64,000 nucleotides of DNA from the IMG/VR virus record IMGVR_UViG_3300021168_000013. One strand, 5' to 3'. The position numbers and the translations under genes were made by a program. Shown here in pieces: positions 40,501-49,891 of this stretch. Position 1 is the first letter of the stretch, and every line of letters begins with the position of its first letter. This DNA comes from a virus. A model generated the notes under the pieces. That model had not been told where the DNA came from and made no database searches. It worked only from the letters and a program-made list of their open reading frames with translations.

Positions 40501-41967
40501 TCTGCATCTTATGCGCCGACAATACTAATCACTGGAAACACTTATACTGTCACATCAAGTTGGGCTAATAACTCAATATCGACAAGTTATATTGATGCAG
40601 GAAATATAAGCACAGGAACTTTGAATAATTCAAGGTTACCATCACAGATCAATGTTACTGGTGTTACTGCATCATTTGTTGGCAACTTAACAGGAACATC
40701 TAGTTGGAGTAGTAATTCTATAAATAGTACATCTGCATCATATGTATCCGCTGGAAACGTTGTTGGTACAGTATCAAGTGCATCTTATTCGTTAAATTCG
40801 ACTACAGCCGCAATTTATAATGGAAATATAATAAATGGTCAGTTGCCGTCACAAATTAATATTACTGGTATTACAGCTTCCTTGGTTGGAACATCTAGTT
40901 GGAGTAGTAATTGTTTAACCTCGAACACAGCCTCATATGTATTGGCATCAAATATCACAGGTACTGTAACTAGTGCGTCATATAGTATAAGTTCAAGTTA
41001 TGCCTCAATTGCTGGAACGGCAAATAATTTTAATGGTAATATAACTAACGGACAACTACCATCACAGATCAATGTCACAGGAATTACTGCATCATTATTG
41101 GGGACTTCAAGCTGGAGTACAAACTCAATTAACAGTACATCTGCTTCATATGCTCCAGCTATTTTAATTACTGGAAATACTTATAATATAACATCAAGCT
41201 GGAGCAATAATAGTTTAACGGCATCATATTTAAATGGATTTATTACTAGTGCATCATATGCTCTCACTGCATCGTATGCTTCAAATGGTGGAAGTGGCGG
41301 AACCAATTTAACAACTGGATCAACGTATCCAATAACATCATCTTGGAGTAATTACTCAATAACATCCAGTTATGTGACTGGAAGTAATGCGCTAGTTACA
41401 ACTTACAGTGGATCATATGTGTCACTTACAGGAAACAAATATAATTCATTTGAGAGTTATCAAAGTTTTGAGGGATACACTGAGTTTAATATAATCAACA
41501 CGACCAGCAGTGTATCGGCTTCCAGTGATTTAATTGCGACTAATAATTCAGGATCATCAACCACATACTATATTGATGTTGGTATAAATGGAACTAATTA
41601 TAACCAAGGATTTATAGGAAGCAATAATGATTCATATGTATATAACACCGGCAGCAATTTATATATTGGTACAATAACTCCTAATACTAGTCTTTATTTG
41701 TTTGCAGGTGGATACATTAACACTAGTTCAGTGGTATTAACTTCTACTGGGAAATTTGGTATTGGTTTAATAAACCCCGCAAATTCTTTAGACGTTATCG
41801 GTAATATAAGTTGTTCAACGATTACAGCAAGTATGTTTGGCACATCAAGTTACGCAAATACTTCATCGTTTTTAAGACTGTTTAATCAACAGACTGGTAA
41901 ATGGTATGCCATAATAATTTCTGGTTCTTTAGGCAATGAAACGTTGCAGATAAGTGGATCAATGTAA
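37558..41967 (+). CDS. Long tail-fibre-like protein with Ser/Thr/Asn/Gly-rich repeats
   Basis: 12 copies of LPx(Q/E)I(N/S).-G.TAS..GTSS.S.NS; fibre motifs LDV.GNISCS and FGIGLINP.NSLDV. Confidence 0.8.
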   Translation: MILTPYTILVAQVDDSGSQINEVHISGSNLTLQTDNTGLLIGSTVSGISSSYALSASYTPNSDTASYYNGNIINNQLPIEINILGVTASFLGNLIGTSSLSNNSINSISASYVPNLYPVTSVPTASFSSASISSSYATTAGISISFTSSILNNQLPNQINVTGITASFSGSMLGTSSWSNNSSTSSYINASGVNGTILSASYSISSSYSSTQLPDITDNTSIHYIGVNQPNPQYQLDVNGIIGNSHNSTWLALGGNKTLSIGDVLNVSNDATLNTDGTNFWFSPSGIRVGVGGITAPVNTLDVVGNISCSVLTASLLYGTASLSNNSLTASYVSSGNVVGTVTSASYSLSASYVPNLYPVINVPTASFASSSISSSYSTLAGTATIYNGNIINSQLPTQINVIGITASFTGSLLGTSSWSSNSLTASYILASNIVGTVNSASYSLSSSYTINTLSASHALISDSASYIDASGINTGTLNNLRLPSQINVTGITSSQYGTSSWSNNSLTSSYMNAGGIFGTVNSASYSLSSSYSIVAGTANLFNGNITNGQLPSQINVTGITASHLGTSSWSSNSISASYAPVTLISGNTYTITSSWSNNSLTSSYLIGSVTSASYALNSTTASVYIGNIINGQLPSQISVTGITASFTGSLVGSLTGTSSWSNNSLTSSYLIGSITSASYALSSSYSTTAGTASNFLGAITNGQLPSQINITGITASVVGTSSWSSNSLTASYVSSANIIGTVTSASYSLSASYAPTILITGNTYPITSSWSNNTISSSYIDGGNIGTGTINNSRLPSQINVTGVTASLLGTSSWSSNSISSSYIDAGNISTGTLSNSRLPSQINVTGITSSHFGTSSWSNNSISSSYLSGGAVVPFINVSPILIPTGSFVNSAAAIFNITSSVGSGSNIFGNINVLVATGSAYGLVIAASGSVTSYAISASNGSIIANGFSGSLLGTASLSTNSVTASYGVSSSYSTNAFSASYAPTILITGNTYTVTSSWANNSISTSYIDAGNISTGTLNNSRLPSQINVTGVTASFVGNLTGTSSWSSNSINSTSASYVSAGNVVGTVSSASYSLNSTTAAIYNGNIINGQLPSQINITGITASLVGTSSWSSNCLTSNTASYVLASNITGTVTSASYSISSSYASIAGTANNFNGNITNGQLPSQINVTGITASLLGTSSWSTNSINSTSASYAPAILITGNTYNITSSWSNNSLTASYLNGFITSASYALTASYASNGGSGGTNLTTGSTYPITSSWSNYSITSSYVTGSNALVTTYSGSYVSLTGNKYNSFESYQSFEGYTEFNIINTTSSVSASSDLIATNNSGSSTTYYIDVGINGTNYNQGFIGSNNDSYVYNTGSNLYIGTITPNTSLYLFAGGYINTSSVVLTSTGKFGIGLINPANSLDVIGNISCSTITASMFGTSSYANTSSFLRLFNQQTGKWYAIIISGSLGNETLQISGSM
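37760..41370 (+). repeat. Intragenic degenerate tandem repeats of the fibre shaft
   Basis: Recurring DNA such as caattaccatcccaaatc and ggtacatccagttggagtaataa; synonymous sites diverged. Confidence 0.85.
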
Positions 41968-41980
41968 TATGTATATGTGT

Positions 41981-44161
41981 ATGAAAAATAAACTAATAAG
42001 TGTAATATTGACGATTTTTGTTATGGTCTGCCTTAATGTATCGGCGGGATCAAGTTCGGTCATGGTTGATAATAACAATAATATAACTTATCCAACGTCT
42101 CCACTTATAGGTAGTGGGGCGGGATTTACGAATTTAAATATACCTGCGACTCCTATCCCCGTTTTAGTATTAGAATCTCAAGGTGGTGATATTGGACAGG
42201 CAATGAATGCACAATTCGCTGCTGGTATGGCATTAAAAGGTTATATTAATATTATTGGCTATGAAAATATTGAGGGACCTAATGCTCCATATAGTACTCC
42301 AGTATTAGATTCGATATTGAATTATATGGGAATTAGTCCAGAAATAGGATCATCCACAAATCAGTCAGTCAATTATGCAATTTCGTACACCAATTATAGC
42401 CAATATATTTCTCGTTATCAAAATAATGCATCATATCCCAATATGACCCTTTCTATGCGAAAATTATTGGCACAGCAACAGACTAATAGCGTTGTTCTAT
42501 ATATAGCTGGTCCGTCAGCGGCATTAAGTGATTTCCTAAATAGTCCAGCAGATCAATACTATAATGGAACGGGAACTCAAGAAATAAGTAATTTTTGTTC
42601 ATATGCAGTTATAATGGCAGGTGGGTATCCTAGTAACTTTTTTGAGTTTAACTTGACCACTTCACCATCTACAGATAATTCATATGGTGCTCCACTATGG
42701 CCAACCAATGTTCCTCAATTTTGGGTTGATTATCAGGAAGGAACGAACATATATCTAATGACCACTAATTTCTCTCAATATCTTGAGGCACAGAGTCCTT
42801 TGGTTACATATGTGACTCAGGCTGGACAAACATATGTACAAAACGGAAGATGGAGTTGGGATTCTATGGCATTTTTGGCAACTGTTCCGCAGTTCATGAC
42901 AAACTATTATGGGATACCATTAGGTCACATTGATACTGGTCTTACTAATAATATTAGTTTATCAACAGGAACTAATTGGTGGTTACCAAGTGCTACTTGT
43001 AAGTTCCAGAATCACGTATCTTATACCAATTTTAACGCGTTGACTCTCATTCTTAACACGCTGTGTTTAGTGTCTCCAAACTCGGCTGCGGCAGATCATG
43101 TGATGTTTTCAAGTGGTATTACTAACCAAAATGAATGGCCTAAAACTTATCAAATGATGCCTGAAATAAATCCAGCTACTGGAACCATAATGACAAATCT
43201 TATTCATGAGGAATTTGAGACTGGTTGTCAGCCATGGAACAATAATTACGGATATTGGACAAATAACTTTGGTGGGTATCCTCAGAATTTTAATTTTTTA
43301 CTAAGCACAATAAATTGGGATGTGACTGGAAACAATGCCATTGCTGGCAATTCATCATCTGAGTTTTTTGGAACTGCTGGAACAGTATATGAAGGATTTT
43401 GTTTCACAAATGCCACAGTGACAAATACATATGTTCACATAAAATTATCAATGACGGCATTACCGGGAGGAACTGATAGTGCATTTCAATTATGTGCACA
43501 ACCATTCATTTTAGGTAATTCTGGACAAGCTGCCAATGTTAACATTACTACTGGTGGTAATATACAATTATATAACGGATCAACTACAGCATCGTCGGTG
43601 GGAACAATGGCTATAAACACAGTATACGATATATGGATGTTTTATTCTACATCGGCTACTTGTTGGGCCGCATTTTCCACAGATGGAACAATTCCGGTGG
43701 CTGGTAATAATTTCGTTAGTGAGGCGGCTAACCATAATTTGGGAATATCAGGATTCAACTTAACATCACCATTTAATGCCAATTTTATAATTGATAATAT
43801 AATTGTGTCAACGAATCCAATACCAGTACAATTTCCGGGAAATAAGTATCCATATTTTAAATTATTAAATCCTTTAACCATAACCACTCCATATGTAAAT
43901 CTAACTGGTCGTAATTTGGACTTTACAGCGGTTATGACAGTTACTAACATAGCTGGGTCGAAATCAGCATGTTATATAACAAACATTGGGACAGCCGATT
44001 CCCGCACATATAGTTTTTCCGTTAATACCGCTGTGACAAATTTCTTATATACACTAGGACCTTTAACAGTAGCAACGAATGAATCTGTAGAAGTAATAGC
44101 ACCAAATGGAACATGGACAATTGTTTCTAGTTATGCGGTTAGTTCCACAAGACAACGTTAA
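41981..44161 (+). CDS. Signal-peptide protein with a degenerate nucleoside-hydrolase-like domain and a beta-rich C-terminus
   Basis: ATG 41981 (MKNKLISVILTIFVMVCLNVSA) lies 13 nt after TATGTATA. MRKLLAQQ..SVVLYIAG...IMAGGYP..FEFN...WPT...GRWSWD. Confidence 0.65.
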   Translation: MKNKLISVILTIFVMVCLNVSAGSSSVMVDNNNNITYPTSPLIGSGAGFTNLNIPATPIPVLVLESQGGDIGQAMNAQFAAGMALKGYINIIGYENIEGPNAPYSTPVLDSILNYMGISPEIGSSTNQSVNYAISYTNYSQYISRYQNNASYPNMTLSMRKLLAQQQTNSVVLYIAGPSAALSDFLNSPADQYYNGTGTQEISNFCSYAVIMAGGYPSNFFEFNLTTSPSTDNSYGAPLWPTNVPQFWVDYQEGTNIYLMTTNFSQYLEAQSPLVTYVTQAGQTYVQNGRWSWDSMAFLATVPQFMTNYYGIPLGHIDTGLTNNISLSTGTNWWLPSATCKFQNHVSYTNFNALTLILNTLCLVSPNSAAADHVMFSSGITNQNEWPKTYQMMPEINPATGTIMTNLIHEEFETGCQPWNNNYGYWTNNFGGYPQNFNFLLSTINWDVTGNNAIAGNSSSEFFGTAGTVYEGFCFTNATVTNTYVHIKLSMTALPGGTDSAFQLCAQPFILGNSGQAANVNITTGGNIQLYNGSTTASSVGTMAINTVYDIWMFYSTSATCWAAFSTDGTIPVAGNNFVSEAANHNLGISGFNLTSPFNANFIIDNIIVSTNPIPVQFPGNKYPYFKLLNPLTITTPYVNLTGRNLDFTAVMTVTNIAGSKSACYITNIGTADSRTYSFSVNTAVTNFLYTLGPLTVATNESVEVIAPNGTWTIVSSYAVSSTRQR

Positions 44162-44167
44162 TTTAAT

Positions 44168-44875
44168 ATGAGTAATGAGTTAACTGTAAAAAACGGATTA
44201 ATATCACAAGGAAATGTTTCTATATTTGGGAATATTTCATGTTCCGTAATTACCGCTAGTAGTGTGACAGCATCATTATTGGGAACAAGTAGTTACGCCA
44301 ATAATTCAATGATGGCAAATACGGCATCATATATTACAGCAAATAACATTACAGGAGTTATTTCAAGTGCTTCATATAGTGTGAGTGCCAGTTACTACCC
44401 AATTCAATTGTCTGATATAACTGATAACACATCTGTACATTATATTGGTATCAATCAGACGAATCCACAGTATACTTTAGATGTTAATGGCACAATAGGT
44501 AATAGTCACAATTCTACATGGATTTCCATTGGCGGTAACAACATATTATCTATAGGTGATGTATTAAATGTTGCAAATAATGCAATTTTAAATTGTGATG
44601 GAACTAATTTTTGGTTTAGTCCAAACACAGTAAGAGTAGGTATTGGTGGTATAACATCACCGCGTAATGCGTTGGATATAATTGGTAACATTTCATGTTC
44701 AATCATCACTGCAAGTATATTCAATCCAACATTTATAGATTTACCATATTCAAGTAGCGGACATTCAATTACACCAACTATAAATACAGGAAGTTCATAT
44801 TTATATACAACTGGTTCCACCAATTTACTATATATATATAATGGAAATGTATGGTGTTCTTCCAGTTTATCATAA
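44168..44875 (+). CDS. Short fibre-like protein, paralog of a module in 37558..41967
   Basis: A 104-aa block (44405-44716) aligns without gaps to 38191-38502. Confidence 0.8.
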   Translation: MSNELTVKNGLISQGNVSIFGNISCSVITASSVTASLLGTSSYANNSMMANTASYITANNITGVISSASYSVSASYYPIQLSDITDNTSVHYIGINQTNPQYTLDVNGTIGNSHNSTWISIGGNNILSIGDVLNVANNAILNCDGTNFWFSPNTVRVGIGGITSPRNALDIIGNISCSIITASIFNPTFIDLPYSSSGHSITPTINTGSSYLYTTGSTNLLYIYNGNVWCSSSLS

Positions 44876-44903
44876 AGATAGGTAATATAAAAAAAGAATA
44901 AAT

Positions 44904-47900
44904 ATGGCAATAATATTAAAACGTCAAGAACTTTTTGATCCAAAGTATAATGGAGGAATTACAACTTATTCTGGAAGCAATTCTGGTAGTTTTGATTGGG
45001 TTAGCGGATCATTGTATTTGGGGTGTGTCGGGCCACAAAGTAGTGTAACCGCATCTTCAAGTGGTTCTTATGGATGGAGCGCAAAAAATTTGAGCGGTAG
45101 TGGTAATCCGAATATTGCTTATTTTAAAAATTTTGATAGTAATACTCAAGCGTGTGGTATGATTTCAGCATGGATTAATACCACTGGTGAGCTAGTTTAT
45201 CCAAGTGGTCTACAGGATGAATTAATTACATTGAGCAGTAATGGTGGACCTTATGGTATTAATTTTTATAATTATGCAAATGGAGGTCCTGATTTATTGA
45301 ATTGGGTTGCACAACAGGGAGATGTAATGTCACAAAATTTACATACACCACATAATCAATGGTTTTGGGTTGGAATAGCTTGGTATCATACTGGTGGAAA
45401 TTATGATTATGCGAAAGTGTTCATGATGACTGGTAGTCAAGCCACACCAAGTCTAATATTTGATGGACAGTATCAAGCATATGGTAATAGTATAAATTAT
45501 GTTTCTTTTGGTGATAACGTAATATTGGGGCCAAGTAATCTTCTTTCAAGATTTGGAATTCCGTCTGTATATTCAGTGGATTCCGCATCATACTCAGCAT
45601 TAGGATATACATTAAGCGCCTATCAACCTGATCAAATTGCACCATCAACAGGGTCTAACACATGGTATGTTAATACAGTTAGTGGAAGTGATACAAATAA
45701 TGGTTTAAGTACATCCACAGCATGGTCGTCTTCTGCCAAATTATTGCAGGAATTAATAGACATGAATGGTATATTAGGAAATGCTAATACTTCATCAAAT
45801 TATCCTGCTGGTATGGGAGACAAAATAGTATTAAACACTACTGGTGCGCCGTTGGATGTATATAGATCATTTAATATCTATAAGCCGGGCATATATATAA
45901 CATCAGCACAAAGTTCTAGTTTTGTATTTGGTTCTACTGCAAGTTATGCGGAAATAAAAATGTGGGAAGCAATTCCATCTTCATCATGGGCCTTGGTTCC
46001 GGGAAGAAGTTTTACATATTTCACAACAGCATCGGGGACTATAACAGCAAGTCAAACGGCTTATGCTGATCCGGGACAATGTGCCTTATGGGAAAATGAT
46101 AAATGGACAAATTGGGTGTATGGAGCAACATATAATTCAGTTTCAGCAAGTATTGATTCAGTCGCAGGTTCTTTTTATTATGGTAATGGGTCAATTTATT
46201 ATCATCCATTTGGTAATACCAATCCTATAACCGATGGAAAAATATATACAAGAAGTAGAGTTCCTGCTGATGGTGTTGGCTCTTATGTTATAAATGTCAA
46301 TGCAGATAAGTTGATGATAGATCAATTAAAAATAAGAAAATCTTCATGTAAATATACGAACACATCTACAGATACACCAGCAAGTTTAGCAATAAATATT
46401 GGGGATGTTTATCCAGTGACATATCCTAGTTTAACAGGACCTATTATAGTCAAAAATTGTTATTGTGATTATGCTGGTAAACATGTGGTAGGGGCTATAA
46501 TGTCTGGAAATGCTAACAATTTACCTGTTACATTTAGTAATGTGCAAGCAGAACAATGCTCTCCGGGATCATGGGGGGCAAATGGATTTATTGTATTTAA
46601 TGGTGGTAGTGTGACCGGAAATTCAATATTATTTGATTCATGTACATGTATATCTGCATCTGGATTGGTTGGTAGTACAACTGGTCAATCTAATAACAGT
46701 TATTTTTCACATAATTCTAGTGGTCAAAATCAATTTTCATCTGTCACTATTCATAATTGTAATTTGGGTTATAACACAGTCATTCCCGGATTTTCGACGA
46801 AAATATTTAATGTAATTAGTTCATCTGTGGGACAAATACAATCTATTTATAGCACGGCTTCGATTGATATGAGTATATTACAAAATATATTTACAAGCAA
46901 TGCGGGGGCTTCTGTTAACGTAAAGAATTCCATTATTACACTTCCAACTCAATTTTATGTAGATGGAAACTTTATTAACGGACAAGTATCCATGTCAAAT
47001 TGTACAGTGGATTTTAGAAATAATTTAGCAACCAGTTTTCCAACAACGATTCCGCCAATATTTTCTATCACACCTAATTCAACTTCATCATTGTATTTTT
47101 ATAATAATATTGTGGCATTAAATCAGCCATTTACAATTTTTGGTGGATACTCTGCAAGTTTATTAAGTGATTATAATTTATATGTTACTACTGCATCATA
47201 TATTGGTAGTTCTTCGTTTGGTCTATCAGGAACTCAAAGTTTTGTGACATTCCAATCAAATGGAAGAGATTTACATTCACAAGTTATTTCTTCATACAAT
47301 TCATTATTATTAAATCCAAATTATTCATTAATATCTGGTTCTCCTGCAATTAATGCTGGTATAACCCAAAATTACTATTATGACATTACTGGTCAATTAT
47401 TTCCATATCGTAATTCTATTGGGGCATATGATTTTTATATTCTAAGAAATACTCCATCTGGAGAAATACAATGTTGGGGAGCAATAATATCAAGTGATAA
47501 TGGTGGTAGTGGAAATGTACCATCTAATGTATTTGATGGTAATTTCGGTACATTTTTCGATTCAACTAACTCTCAAGGTGGTTGGGTTGGATTGGATTTT
47601 GGAATAGGTAATAATGTAACATTAACCTCTTATAAATTGGCACCCAGAGCTAGTGATTCCAATGGATTTTATGAAAATAGAGTAAATGGGTCGCAGATAC
47701 AAGGTTGTGGTGATCCATCATTTAGTGCCTCGGTAGTTATTATTGATACAATACCAAATCCTGCAACATCATCTAATCAACCATCATTTCCAATGTTTGG
47801 TAGAGGATATTATACTGAACGATTTGTTCCAAATAATACAAGTAGTTTTAGATGTTTAAGATATTATGCATCAGCAAGTAATTCATATTGTGATATTAGT

Positions 47901-49205
47901 GAATTGCGGTTTATAGCATCAGCTTCAGGATTTGGTGGATCAAATTGTCAACCAGTAACTCCAACATTGAGTTTTGCAGGAGGATTATATCCTAATCAAG
48001 CCGCATTAATTTCTATTACCAGCCGAACAACTTCTGCGACCATTTATTACACAATTAACGGAACAACTCCCACAACTAGTTCATTAATATATGGAGGACC
48101 GTTTACATTAAATTGTTCAAACATGGTTACAATGTCTGCTATTGCGTATGATACCACATGTGCTACGGCATCCTCTGAAATATCAGCACCAGCATATTTT
48201 CAAGGAACTGGATTTGTTCAAGGGACTAGATTTTATGATAATAGGGGTATAGTAATGAATAACTACAGTGGCCATATTTATGATAATACATCCATTGATG
48301 GTAAATATTATTGGTTTGGTATGTTTGTAGATGTGTATCAAAATCCAGCCAATTCTGAACCACCATACACAGAGGGATTATGGTTATATTCATCACACAA
48401 TCTTTATAACTGGACATTAGTTGGTAATATTCTCGGTAATGGTGTTAGCAATGAATGGGCATATCTTGAAAGGCCGCATGTAATTTATAATAACAGTACA
48501 AATAAATATGTTTTATGGGCACATGCTGCGAATGGTGCAGGAAATGCTAATAGTGCATCGATTGCTACAGCTTCTGCGATAATTGGTCCTTGGGGATGGG
48601 CAAATGACATTTATAATCCTCTGGGAAATACTGGATTTCTTGATTGTAATTTATTTAAAGACACAAATAATATTGGCTATGCAATTTATTCATTTGGAAC
48701 AACAGGAAGTGGTTTATCAGCAGGAGTAAAAATTGTACAATTGACAAATGATTATCTTAGTATGACAACCGCCAGTTTTACACATTCTATTGGAAATAGA
48801 GAATCACCAGTAATGTTTAAATATAATAATCTATATTATGTTATCACATCACAGGGTAATTTTTACGATTCAACTAATACGTTTGCTGTAACATCAAGTT
48901 GGGCAACTTCACCTACAGGTTCTTATACAAGTCAAAGTTTATATAAAGGACAAGCATTTGGTGATCCAATAGGTACTGTATATAATGCACAACCATCATT
49001 TGCATTACCAATAAATAATGGTGTATTACTTGGGATGGACTTCTGGTACTCTTCATCACTAAGTTCATCAAAACAAGTATGGATGCCATTACAATTTAAT
49101 GCTGATAATTCAGTATCTTTACCAGTACCTTTACCAGCAACATGGTCATTTGCACAATATTTCCAATCCAATGTTTGGAGTAACTTAAACAACAATACAA
49201 TATAA
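44904..49205 (+). CDS. Multidomain tailspike/depolymerase: beta-helix + F5/8 (CBM32-like) + Fn3/chitobiase-like + GH43 (subfamily 24-like) propeller
   Basis: WYVNTVSGSDTNNG...IGAYD; VFDGNFGTFFD...WVGLDFG...ISELRF; ATIYYTINGTTPT; LERP...LDCNLFKD...RESP...AQPS. Confidence 0.75.
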   Translation: MAIILKRQELFDPKYNGGITTYSGSNSGSFDWVSGSLYLGCVGPQSSVTASSSGSYGWSAKNLSGSGNPNIAYFKNFDSNTQACGMISAWINTTGELVYPSGLQDELITLSSNGGPYGINFYNYANGGPDLLNWVAQQGDVMSQNLHTPHNQWFWVGIAWYHTGGNYDYAKVFMMTGSQATPSLIFDGQYQAYGNSINYVSFGDNVILGPSNLLSRFGIPSVYSVDSASYSALGYTLSAYQPDQIAPSTGSNTWYVNTVSGSDTNNGLSTSTAWSSSAKLLQELIDMNGILGNANTSSNYPAGMGDKIVLNTTGAPLDVYRSFNIYKPGIYITSAQSSSFVFGSTASYAEIKMWEAIPSSSWALVPGRSFTYFTTASGTITASQTAYADPGQCALWENDKWTNWVYGATYNSVSASIDSVAGSFYYGNGSIYYHPFGNTNPITDGKIYTRSRVPADGVGSYVINVNADKLMIDQLKIRKSSCKYTNTSTDTPASLAINIGDVYPVTYPSLTGPIIVKNCYCDYAGKHVVGAIMSGNANNLPVTFSNVQAEQCSPGSWGANGFIVFNGGSVTGNSILFDSCTCISASGLVGSTTGQSNNSYFSHNSSGQNQFSSVTIHNCNLGYNTVIPGFSTKIFNVISSSVGQIQSIYSTASIDMSILQNIFTSNAGASVNVKNSIITLPTQFYVDGNFINGQVSMSNCTVDFRNNLATSFPTTIPPIFSITPNSTSSLYFYNNIVALNQPFTIFGGYSASLLSDYNLYVTTASYIGSSSFGLSGTQSFVTFQSNGRDLHSQVISSYNSLLLNPNYSLISGSPAINAGITQNYYYDITGQLFPYRNSIGAYDFYILRNTPSGEIQCWGAIISSDNGGSGNVPSNVFDGNFGTFFDSTNSQGGWVGLDFGIGNNVTLTSYKLAPRASDSNGFYENRVNGSQIQGCGDPSFSASVVIIDTIPNPATSSNQPSFPMFGRGYYTERFVPNNTSSFRCLRYYASASNSYCDISELRFIASASGFGGSNCQPVTPTLSFAGGLYPNQAALISITSRTTSATIYYTINGTTPTTSSLIYGGPFTLNCSNMVTMSAIAYDTTCATASSEISAPAYFQGTGFVQGTRFYDNRGIVMNNYSGHIYDNTSIDGKYYWFGMFVDVYQNPANSEPPYTEGLWLYSSHNLYNWTLVGNILGNGVSNEWAYLERPHVIYNNSTNKYVLWAHAANGAGNANSASIATASAIIGPWGWANDIYNPLGNTGFLDCNLFKDTNNIGYAIYSFGTTGSGLSAGVKIVQLTNDYLSMTTASFTHSIGNRESPVMFKYNNLYYVITSQGNFYDSTNTFAVTSSWATSPTGSYTSQSLYKGQAFGDPIGTVYNAQPSFALPINNGVLLGMDFWYSSSLSSSKQVWMPLQFNADNSVSLPVPLPATWSFAQYFQSNVWSNLNNNTI

Positions 49206-49229
49206 TAAATCTAAACAAATATTGATACA

Positions 49230-49236
49230 TATTTAT
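49230..49236 (+). promoter_or_regulatory. Candidate late promoter TATTTAT
   Basis: 27 nt before ATG 49257. Confidence 0.5.
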
Positions 49237-49256
49237 TAACGAATACTAAAATTGTT

Positions 49257-49535
49257 ATGGCAGATACTATAAAACTCACAGTGGACGAATTAGGAGAATT
49301 GAGATCAATACAAACCTCTTATCAAGAAAAAACCTATTCATTTGGTCAATTATATATTGACAAATTAAATATTGATGAAAAACAGAAGGAAGTTGATTCA
49401 GCCGAAGTAAAGTTGAGACAAGAATTACTTGATGTTCAACAACGTGAACAGCAATGGATGGCAAAAATTAGTGAGAAATATGGAGAAGGTAATTTATCTC
49501 TAAAGGATGGAACTTTTACAAAAACCGTAAAATAA
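49257..49535 (+). CDS. Small coiled-coil protein after the fibre genes (possible fibre assembly chaperone)
   Basis: FGQLYI...coiled coil...EKYGEGNLSLKDG; function inferred from position only. Confidence 0.7.
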   Translation: MADTIKLTVDELGELRSIQTSYQEKTYSFGQLYIDKLNIDEKQKEVDSAEVKLRQELLDVQQREQQWMAKISEKYGEGNLSLKDGTFTKTVK

Positions 49536-49555
49536 TTTAATCCATTGAATATATT

Positions 49556-49586
49556 AACCGTAAAACAAAAATTTTACGGTTTTTTT
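49556..49586 (+). terminator. Intrinsic terminator ending the fibre operon
   Basis: Stem AACCGTAAAA/TTTTACGGTT, T-run to 49586. Confidence 0.85.
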
Positions 49587-49619
49587 ATTTATCATTTTCT
49601 GGTAATATATTTATAAGAA

Positions 49620-49799
49620 ATGAAAGAAACAAAACCGATTTTTGTAGAATATGATGATACAAATATACATCATACTCAATCAGTTTTTTCTGTTGAAAAC
49701 TTATCCTATAACAGTAAGTGGACCAACTGGACCTTAAGATGTTATTTACCGTTAAGTTTCATACATAAGACTTATAACATACTTAATATAAGTAATTAG
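49620..49799 (+). CDS. Candidate 59-aa small ORF (below the ORF-track cut-off)
   Basis: MKETKPIFVEYDD...NILNISN*; TATTTATA at 49608-15, 12 nt before ATG. Confidence 0.45.
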   Translation: MKETKPIFVEYDDTNIHHTQSVFSVENLSYNSKWTNWTLRCYLPLSFIHKTYNILNISN

Positions 49800-49809
49800 T
49801 AATATTGGT

Positions 49810-49837
49810 ATTATACTTTCTATATTAGAAATGTCAA
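49810..49837 (-). promoter_or_regulatory. Consensus sigma70-type promoter pointing left (no ORF downstream)
   Basis: Minus strand reads TTGACA, 16 nt, TATAAT. Confidence 0.4.
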
Positions 49838-49879
49838 GTATTTATATTTAAATTGTGTTATTTTGTTGTCTAAATACGA

Positions 49880-49887
49880 TATTTATA
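49880..49887 (+). promoter_or_regulatory. Candidate late promoter TATTTATA (second copy at 49839-46)
   Basis: 12 nt before ATG 49892. Confidence 0.6.
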
Positions 49888-49891
49888 TTAA

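Noticed and set aside
37760-41370. CRISPR array or DGR template/variable repeat
   Set aside because: Repeats are in-frame coding and diverge at synonymous sites of all bases; no adenine-specific pattern and no reverse transcriptase in the window.
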